64,000 nt of DNA. Source: Polyangiales bacterium. Lineage in GTDB: Bacteria; Myxococcota_A; Polyangia; Polyangiales; JADJQN01. A program made the position numbers and the translations under genes. Each line of letters starts with the position of its first letter. Position 1 is the stretch's first letter. Positions 53,741 through 64,000 of this stretch are shown here, piece after piece. The notes beneath the pieces are model-generated. The model was given only the letters and a program-made list of their open reading frames with translations, did no database searches and was not told where the DNA came from. The stretch lies in assembly GCA_964202905.1 (NCBI GenBank), contig CAXNJO010000009.1, forward strand, positions 32,001 through 96,000. Direction: 5' to 3'.

Positions 53741-56700
53741 GGCCCCTCCCGCACGTCGAGCCGGGATGGCCCGAACACCCGCGGCGGCGCGAGGCGGATC
53801 CGGATGGCCTCGCCGGTCGGTGAGAGCGAGGCGCGCAGGTACTCGAGGGCGCGCCGCTGAACACGGACGGTGACCGTCCCTGTCCGCGGCCCGAGCTCGA
53901 GGAGGGTCTCGCGGTACGGATGCGCGGCGACGGTTTCCGTCGCGCCATCGCTCCAGCGCACGCCCGCCTGCGAGGCCCCGAGCCCCTCGAGGACGAGCAG
54001 ACGCCCGTCCACGTCGCCCTCCACCGCCGGCAGCCGAAAGCGGAGAAACACGAGGCCGGCGCGGTCCTGTGCAGAGGGCGAGAACGCGCCGTAGGTGCGA
54101 CCGTCCGTCGACACCTCGAGATCGAGGACGGCGCGCATGGGGCCGGGCGCATCGAGGGTGATGCGCCCGTCGATCGGCGCGAGCTCGACCCCGTTCACGC
54201 GCGCGCTGCGCCACGAGGGCGGCACGGCGATCGCGAGCGCCCCCCCCTCGAGGACGTCGCCGACGAGGCCCTGCGCATCCCGCGCGACGACGCCGACGCC
54301 CTCCCCGAGCGGCACCGGTCCGCCCGTCGCGTCGGGCACCGCGAGCCGCGCCTGCGCCTGCCCGCGCAGGCCCGCGTGCGAGGAAAATTGCGCGGCGACC
54401 GCGAGGAGCGGATAGCCCGCTGCGCGACGCAGCGCGTCGAGCGGCGCAGCCCACTCGCGCTCGCCCGCGGGCGCGAGATTTCCGATCGCCCATCGCTCGG
54501 CGCCGACCGCGAGCGTGAGACCGCGCAGCGCGTACGGGCGCACGTTCCGGACCCGCACGCGCAACGTGCGATCGCTGGCGAGCACCTGCGGCGTCAGCGC
54601 CTCGAGCGTGACGTCCGCGAGCAGCGCGCGGAGCGTGTCGAGCTCGGGCTTGGGCCGGCCGCGCTCGTCCCAGAAGCCGCGGCGGTCGTCGGCCATGTCG
54701 GGGCTCCACGGGTCGTTGAAGGCGCCGGGCGGCACGGCTTGCGCCCAGTTGTCGTGCGAGGCGTAGAAGACGGCCCCTGACGCGCCGAGCACGTCGAGCG
54801 CACGCCACTGCGCCGCGAGACGCCAGCGGCGCAGCGCCGTGGGCGGCAGCTCGTAGAAGGCGACGAAGCCGCCGAGCTCGCTCGCGTAGAACGGGCGCCC
54901 ACGCGCAGGCAGCGCAGCGAGCGCGTCCGACCAGTACGTGGCGCCGGAGTCCAGCATGTTCACGCCGAGCACCTCGGGGTGATAGTCGACGAAGGTCGCG
55001 AAGGTCGCGTAGCTCGTCGGGAGTTGGCGCGGCGACGCGTTGGCGCGCGCGACGAGACGCGTGAGCGCGGCGAGCGTCGTCGCGCGGCGGTCGTGGATCT
55101 CCAGCTCGTTGCCGACGTTGAGCAGCAGCCCGTAGGGGAAGCCGTCGAGCGTCGCGACCAGCTCGTCCCAGTGGCGCGCGTGGGCACGCCGGTCGCGCGC
55201 GCTCTCGACGTCGACGGCGTCCCAACTCGAGCTCTCGGGCTGCGCGATCACGAGCAGCTGAGTCGCGCGTGCGGCCGCGAGGATCGCCGGCGTGGGCGGA
55301 TGGTAGAGCCGCACCGCGTTCACGCCGAGCCGCGCCAGCGCGGGATAGCCCTCGGCCGCGCTCAGTCCGAGCGCAGGCGTCGAGAAGGTCGGCACCATGC
55401 CCTTGAGGACGAAGGGCTCGCCGTTGACGCGGAGCCGCTGGCCGCGCGCGTCGACCACGCTCGTCGCGATCGCGCGGTCGACGGCGCACTGCACGCCCGC
55501 GCCGGAGACCACCATGCGCACCGTGTGCGCCCGCCAGCCCACCGGCCGCCGGAACCGCGCGTGGTGCGCCGAGGGACGCGCCGAGGCGGGGATCCGCTCG
55601 GTCGCGACGAGCGCGCCGTCGACGAACGTGCGGAGCGTGCGTGCCTGCGTCGATGGCGACACCCGGCCGACGACGTCGATCGCGACCACACCACCGGCGA
55701 GCGACTTGCTGGGCTCGAGCGCGAGCAGCGGCGCGTACGCCCGGGCTGCGAGCAGCGGCGGCCACAGCAGCGCCCGCTCCTCGCCGCAAGGCCCCACGGA
55801 GAAGACCTCGTTCGCCGCGACGACGGCGAGCGCGAAGGCCGCGCCCCAGAGCACGAACGCCGTCCCGCGCCGCCGCTCGCGCGTCACCGCGAGCTGCACG
55901 CGGAGCGCAGGCTCGAGCGCGCCCTCCGAGAACTCGTGCGTCCGATCGATCGGCGACCACTCGCGGTGCCGGAGCACGAGATCCGCGAGGCCGAGCAGCG
56001 CGCCGAGCAGCTCGAAGAACACGACCAGCGGCGAGGTCACGACGAACACGAGCAGGTCGCGGACAGGGCACGGACCGCAGCAGCGCCCACGCGAGCAGGA
56101 CCGCGCCGAGTCCGCCGACGAGCAGCGCGCCCTGCGCGGCCCACAGCGCGCCCTGGTGCGGAAACGAGGTGAGGAAGTAGTAGGTCTCGCGCTCGAACAC
56201 CTGAAAGAAAAGCGCGCCGGCGGTGCTCACGTAGGGCGCGATCGCCGACACGCAGACGACCGCGTCGCGCGACTGCGTGCTGCGGCGCCACGACAGGTAG
56301 AGCGAGAGCGGCACGCCGACGCCCACGGACACGAGCAGCACGAGCCCGCGCACCGCGGGCGTCGCCTGCAGAAAGTCGTAGAGGCCCTGCGCGGTGAAGA
56401 AGATCTGGACCGCGGCGGCGACGAGATAGAACTGCCCGAGAAAGAGCGCCTCGAAGCGGGTGCGGACCGGCGCGCCGCCGCGCAGGAGCACGCGCGCGTG
56501 GCCGAGGAAGGCGTGCGTGTGACCCGCGGCCCAGCGCCTCCGCCGAAGCACGAAGCTGCGCAGGTTCGGCGTGGTCTCTTCGACCGAGCCCACCTGCGGA
56601 TCGTAGGCGATGCGTCGCCCCGCGAGCGCGAGCGTGAGCGTGAGCCAGGTGTCCTCGGTGATGCAGTCGGCGAAGCGCGTGCGCGCGAGGATGTCGCCGC

Positions 56701-57376
56701 GGAAGACGGCGGTGCTCCCGGTGAAGCTCACGCGCCCCGAGCGCGCCCACGCGGCGCGGTTGAAGAGCTCGAACACGGTGTGCGAGAGCAGCGCGTCCCA
56801 CACCTGCGCGACGCGATCGGTGCCGAGGGGACGCTTGCGACACTGCACCGCGGCCGCGTCCTCGCGCGCGAGCGTCCGCAGCGCCGACTGCAGCCAGCCC
56901 GGCTGCGCGCGGTGGTCCGCGTCGAGGATCGCGATGAATTCGGCTGAAAAAAGGGCGAGCGCGTGGTTGAGCTTGAGGTGTTTCGCGCGGTGTCCGGTGG
57001 CCACCACGCGCACCTGTCGGCGCGGCTCGTCGACGAGGACCTGGATGCGCCCGCCCTCCTCCTCGCGGCGCCCCCCGAAGACGCCGCGGAGCGCCGCGAC
57101 GGACGCGTCGTCGAACGCCTCGACGAGCACGCACACGAAGACGCCCCCTTCGTGCGTCTGCGCGAGGAGCGTGCGCACCGTGTCGATGAGCGCTGCGCCC
57201 TCGTGGTGCGACGGCACCAGCACGAGCACGTCCCCCGCGACGGCGGGCGCGTCGCGGGGCGCGTCGAGTCGGCGCGCGCCGTTCACGAGCACGAACCCGA
57301 GCAACGCAGCCCAATACCCCCCGAAATACGCGAGCGCGCAGACGGCGACCAACAGCAGGGCGCCCGAGAGCGTCAT
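53737..57376 (-). CDS. Processive GT2 glycosyltransferase fused to an extracytoplasmic clan GH-A glycoside hydrolase; frameshift ~56065
   Basis: GT2: VPSHHE, KHLKLN, LDADH, ITED, RRRRWAAG, then TMs and WSPIDRT. Hydrolase: LRVNGEPFVLKG, GVNAVRLYH, NVGNELE (acid/base), ASELGG (nucleophile). Confidence 0.8.
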
Positions 57377-57427
57377 CGATCAGGCCGTGCGGGGCCGGTC
57401 CATGCGAGGCCCGGCCGCGCGCGCCGC

Positions 57428-58189
57428 TCAGGGCGCGACGACGCAGGTATCAACGCCCTGACAGCCCGATGTGGGTCCGTCGCAGTCGCCCGGGTCACGA
57501 ATCCCGGGCCGCAGCGGGTCTCCGCAGGATCCGGAGGTGCCGTATCCGCAAAAGCATTGGGCCGCCGCGCACACGCGCTGCATGCAATCGAAATCGACGC
57601 ACTCGCAGTGCAGCGAAGCGCAGGCCGAGTCGCTCGCGCACGCGGCCCCCTCACCGAGCGGCGCCGCCGCGTCCCCCCCGCTCCCCGCGTCGCGCGTGGG
57701 CGGCGTCAGCATGAAGGGCGGGAACCGGATGGGATCGACGTCCGCAGAGATACACCGTCCATCCGGGGCGCACGTCTCGCCTTCGGCGCACTCGACCTCG
57801 ACGCACGCGGACAGCAAGGCCATGCGCACGACGAGGCGCCGCCCTTCGATGAAGCTCGTGCGGACCTGCGTCGAGACCTGCCGGACGCCGCCGCGCAGAC
57901 CGGACGCGCGGATCGAGACCGGCGCGTCCCCGGCGACCCGCGGCCGCAGACCGAGCGTGACCGGCAGCGACACGCTCCCGGCTCCGGCGAGCAAGGCGCT
58001 CGAGGTGCGGGGCAGACCGCTCGCGCCCTCGACCTCGATGCGCACCTCGTCGATCACGGACGGCACGGGGAGCTCGCTGTCCACGACGACCACAAGCTCC
58101 GTGGGGGTCGCCTCCGCGCAGGACACCGCGCCGGCTGCGGCGAGCGCGACGATCCAGAAGGACCAGACGTGCCTCCCGAAGAAAATCAT
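57428..58189 (-). CDS. Cys-rich lipoprotein of myxobacterial type
   Basis: AGAVS-C lipobox; TELVVVVDSEL...SLPVTLG beta domain; EGF-like CVEVECAEGETC; C-terminal Cys cluster. Confidence 0.75.
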   Translation of the reverse strand: MIFFGRHVWSFWIVALAAAGAVSCAEATPTELVVVVDSELPVPSVIDEVRIEVEGASGLPRTSSALLAGAGSVSLPVTLGLRPRVAGDAPVSIRASGLRGGVRQVSTQVRTSFIEGRRLVVRMALLSACVEVECAEGETCAPDGRCISADVDPIRFPPFMLTPPTRDAGSGGDAAAPLGEGAACASDSACASLHCECVDFDCMQRVCAAAQCFCGYGTSGSCGDPLRPGIRDPGDCDGPTSGCQGVDTCVVAP

Positions 58190-58238
58190 CGGCGGGACGG
58201 TACCACGTGCGCCTGCGTCGGCGTGAGTTCCGAGTGCG

Positions 58239-59204
58239 TCAGCGCGGCGACGGCTCGGAGGCGCGCCGCACGAGGAGCGCGAGGAGACGACCCGCGCGCT
58301 CGTTGCCGGGATCGAGCACGAGCACCTGCTCGAGCGCCGCGCGCATCCCCTCCACGTTGCGCCGCGCGAAGAGCTGCCCCGCGAGCGCGAAAAGGACGTC
58401 CATCGCCGCGGCGTCCTCGCCCGCCTCGAGGTGGAACTCGGCGACGCGACGCGCGAGCAGCAGGTCGTTCGGGTAGCGTGCGCGGAGCTTGTCGAGCTCG
58501 CCGCGCACCTGCGCCTCGTGGCCCCAGCGCCGCAGCGCGGCCATGTCGGCGAGCCACCGCTCGAGCTCGCGGGGCGGCATCTCGCCGTCCTCGCCGCGCT
58601 CGGCGGCCGGGCGCGCCGGCGGTGCGACGCGCGCGACCTCGGGGACCACGGCGCGGGCCTCGCGGCGCTGCGTCGTGAGCCCGCGCGGCGAGGGCGGCAC
58701 GTAGAGCGGCTCGTCCGACGAGGGCGCGCGCACCGCGACGTCGCGGAGAGCCTCCTCGAGCCGCGCGCGGGGCGGGGGCGGATGCGTCGAGCGGCGGCGC
58801 GTGAGCAGCACCGCGGGCACCGCGTCCAGCGAGTCGTCCGCCGCGTCGGACACCACGCCGCGCGCGGTGTCGGCGTCATCCCAGCGCGCGGCGGGCGGCG
58901 CCACGCGCGGGGCCTCGGCGCGGCGCGCTGCGGGTGTCGATGCGGGCAGCGCGTGCATGCCGGTGGGCGCGTCGTCGTCCGCGTCATCGGGCTCGGGCGC
59001 GAAGCGAGCGTCGGTGCGGCGGGCGGCGACGTGCGCGGCGGCGTCGTGCGACGCGGGACGCGAGGCGTCGGCGACGCGCTCGAGGGCCGCGCGCACGGTG
59101 CGTGGATCGTGCCCGAGGTCGTTGGCGTTCCGTACGAACTCCGCGAACAGCGCCTCCGCCTCGCGGAAGAGGTGCGCGTCGCCGTCGCGCTCGTCGACCG
59201 GCAT
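58239..59204 (-). CDS. Hypothetical protein with disordered middle and C-terminal TPR-like domain
   Basis: ATG 4 nt after the leuS stop; C-terminal YPNDLLLARRVAEFH...ALEQVLVLDPGNERA. Confidence 0.7.
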   Translation of the reverse strand: MPVDERDGDAHLFREAEALFAEFVRNANDLGHDPRTVRAALERVADASRPASHDAAAHVAARRTDARFAPEPDDADDDAPTGMHALPASTPAARRAEAPRVAPPAARWDDADTARGVVSDAADDSLDAVPAVLLTRRRSTHPPPPRARLEEALRDVAVRAPSSDEPLYVPPSPRGLTTQRREARAVVPEVARVAPPARPAAERGEDGEMPPRELERWLADMAALRRWGHEAQVRGELDKLRARYPNDLLLARRVAEFHLEAGEDAAAMDVLFALAGQLFARRNVEGMRAALEQVLVLDPGNERAGRLLALLVRRASEPSPR

Positions 59205-59208
59205 CGGC

Positions 59209-61830
<2,622 letters not shown>

Positions 61831-61909
61831 GGTGGGGCCGCACGCGTATCACGCGGAGCCCCCGCGCGGCTAGATCACGGCGGGCGGCGCAGACGTGCGC
61901 CGGAGTGGA

Positions 61910-63862
61910 TCAGCGCGCGGGGCGCAGGTCCGCCGAGAGCGTGACGTCGTGCTCGGGCGTCAGCGGGATCTCGCGGCGTTCGTAGCCCGCGGCCTCGATG
62001 ACGAGGACGTGGGGCTCCCCGCGCCGCATGCGCACCGGCAGCGCGCCGACGGGCAATCCGTCGAGGCGGATGCGCGCGCGGGGCGGCACGCCCATCACCC
62101 GCACGACGACGGACGAGGTGTCGACGACGGCCGCGGACGCCGCAGCGGGCTCTGCGGGAGTCGGGCGCGGCGTCGGAGGCGGCTCGACGGCCGGCGCCGC
62201 GGAGTGGTGCACCGCGACGCGGATCGCGACGACGACGAGCGTGAGCGCGAGCGCGGCCCCGCCGCCGAGGCGCACCGCCGTCGGGAGCCCATCGAGCCAG
62301 CCGAGCAGGCCGCCGCGACGCCGCGTGACGGGCGCGGGTGGCGCGAACGAGCCGCCGCCGCGGGAGGGGAGCCGGTGGTAGCTGCGGCTCGCGTTGTGGC
62401 GCTGCGCCGCGCGCGCGGACGCCGCGAGCTGGAGCGGCGCCTCGTCGCCGCTGAGCGCACGCCCCGGGGGCGGCGCGGGGGCGAGCAGATCTGCGGTGCC
62501 CTCCGCGTCGGACGGCGCGCTCGGTTCGGCGGGACGCGATGAACGCCCAGCGCCGTCCGCAGGTGTCGCGAGGCGTGCCGTGGCTGCGCGCTCGCCCGTC
62601 GGTGCGGGTGTCACCGCGGGCTCGGCACCCCGCCCGGGGAGCGGCGTGACCGCGGGATCGCCTCGTGCGCGGGGCTGCCCTGCGCGCCGCGCCTCGCCGC
62701 TGCGCGGCGAGGGCGCGTCAGTCGAGCTCGAGCGCGGGGCCGCTCTCGGCCGTCTCGAAGTCGTCGACGAGTGGGCGCCGAGCGCTCGAGCCGACGCCGC
62801 GGCGCAGCCTACGCCCGTCAGCAGCGTCTCGAGCGGCGGCGCGGCCGCGCCCGGGGGTGGCGGACCCGGCGCGGCGACGCGCGGCGCCCCGGGCGTCGCA
62901 GGGCGCGCGCCGGGGCGACCGAGCGTGTCGAAGCCCCCCCAGGACGTCGAGGCGTCCGCGCTCCCGCCCGACTGCGAGGCGCGCCCCTCTGGCGACGCGC
63001 TCGGGGCGCGACCCACGGACGCGTCCAGCAGCAGCACGCGGAAGGCCGTCGCACTCGCGGGGCGCGCCTCCCGATCGCGTCGCATGCCCGCGAGCAGCGC
63101 CTCCTCGAACGCGGGCGTGATCTGGGCGCCGCGCTCCGTGGGGCGCAGGGGACTCGCGCGGAGGATCGACTGCAGGAGCGCGTTGTAGTTGGCCGCGTCG
63201 AAGGGCACGTCGCCGACGACGCACTCGTAGAGCACGACGGCGGCGGCGTAGACGTCGGCGCGGGCATCGAGCGCGACCTCGCCGAGCGCCTGCTCCGGCG
63301 ACATGTAGTGCGGCGTGCCGAGCACCGCGCCGGTCTGCGTGAGGTGCGAGCGCACCTCGTCGGCCTTCTGCGAGATGCCGAAATCCAGGATCTTCACGAC
63401 GGGTCGACCCGAGTGCGACGGAGGCAGGAGGAAGATGTTGTCAGGCTTCAGGTCGCGGTGGACGATCCCGCGCTCGTGCGCCGCCTCGAGGGCCTCGAGG
63501 AGCTGCGTGAACAGCTCGAGCGCTTCATCCTGCGCGAGCCGCAACTTGCGGGTGATCAGGCTCGCGAGCGTCTCGCCGTCGAGCAGCTCCATGACGAGGA
63601 ACGGCGCGCCATCGGGCAAGAGGTCGATGTCGAGGACCTCGACGATCCCCGGGTGCTCGATCGCGCTGGCCGCCCGCGCCTCGCGCCCGAAACGTTGGAC
63701 GATCGAGCGGTTCCCGAGGTAGCGCTCGTCGAGGATCTTGACGGCCACCTTGCGCCCCGTGCGCAGGTGCGTACCGCGGTACACCGCGCCCATGCCGCCG
63801 CGCCCGAGCAGCCCGTTCAGCTCGTACTTCCCGAGCAGCGTCGCGCCGGTCCGATCCTCCAC
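61910..63862 (-). CDS. Membrane Ser/Thr kinase with C-terminal PEGA-like domain
   Basis: GRGGMGAVY, VAVK, HRDLKPDN, DFG, YMSPE; long Pro/Ala linker; TM helix; PEGA-like PPRARIRLDG...EAAGY. GGAGG SD before the GTG. Confidence 0.92.
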   Translation of the reverse strand: MEDRTGATLLGKYELNGLLGRGGMGAVYRGTHLRTGRKVAVKILDERYLGNRSIVQRFGREARAASAIEHPGIVEVLDIDLLPDGAPFLVMELLDGETLASLITRKLRLAQDEALELFTQLLEALEAAHERGIVHRDLKPDNIFLLPPSHSGRPVVKILDFGISQKADEVRSHLTQTGAVLGTPHYMSPEQALGEVALDARADVYAAAVVLYECVVGDVPFDAANYNALLQSILRASPLRPTERGAQITPAFEEALLAGMRRDREARPASATAFRVLLLDASVGRAPSASPEGRASQSGGSADASTSWGGFDTLGRPGARPATPGAPRVAAPGPPPPGAAAPPLETLLTGVGCAAASARALGAHSSTTSRRPRAAPRSSSTDAPSPRSGEARRAGQPRARGDPAVTPLPGRGAEPAVTPAPTGERAATARLATPADGAGRSSRPAEPSAPSDAEGTADLLAPAPPPGRALSGDEAPLQLAASARAAQRHNASRSYHRLPSRGGGSFAPPAPVTRRRGGLLGWLDGLPTAVRLGGGAALALTLVVVAIRVAVHHSAAPAVEPPPTPRPTPAEPAAASAAVVDTSSVVVRVMGVPPRARIRLDGLPVGALPVRMRRGEPHVLVIEAAGYERREIPLTPEHDVTLSADLRPAR

Positions 63863-63950
63863 TCCGCGAGCCTCCGTGGGGTGAGCCGCGAGACTACCAG
63901 AGGACGGTCGCGGCGCGGCAGAAACCTTGGTGCGCGGGGGCGCGACGGGG

Positions 63951-63979
63951 TTGCAGACCCGCGCAAGCCGCGATAGCGA
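63951..63979 (+). promoter_or_regulatory. Putative sigma70 promoter of a divergent gene starting at ATG 63985 and running off the window
   Basis: TTGCAG-N17-TAGCGA, 5 nt before an ATG. Confidence 0.3.
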
Positions 63980-64000
63980 GGGCCATGCCGCCGACGACGC

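Noticed and set aside
52421..57376. 1651-aa ORF suggesting a GT2 to GT-C mega-fusion
   Set aside because: The middle is off-frame low-complexity sequence. The GH domain is in another frame ending at 53737, and the membrane protein has its own GTG start at 53740.

Overview
A very GC-rich chromosomal segment whose gene content points to Myxococcota, probably class Polyangia. That assignment is inferred from the many Hanks-type kinases, a sigma54 activator, Cys-rich lipoproteins and an XRE-pilMNOP/pilQ-aroC-aroKB layout. Housekeeping genes: pilMNOP, pilQ, aroC, aroKB, ilvA, pyrF, rlmB, guaB, guaA, hutU, hutI, a topoisomerase IV-like pair and leuS. Five loci stand out. (1) An orphan Soj/ParA fused to two TRASH-like Cys4 metal-binding domains, with a ribbon-helix-helix partner and a 4x14-bp direct-repeat array, directly downstream of the topo IV genes; it resembles a chromosomal type Ib partition cassette. 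(2) A pseudokinase-GYF-TM-AgmX-like protein translationally coupled to a lone T3SS inner-ring lipoprotein (SctJ). (3) A CASTOR/POLLUX-type ion channel in opposite orientation between pilP and pilQ. (4) A GT2 synthase fused to a clan GH-A glycoside hydrolase, followed by a GT-C-like membrane protein. (5) A kinase-STAND-TPR-GAF-sigma54 activator with a visible target promoter and a 10-bp-periodic GGCACA motif at both the target and its own promoter. Several genes carry single-base frameshifts that are most likely long-read assembly errors. No rRNA, tRNA, CRISPR array or transposase was recognised.
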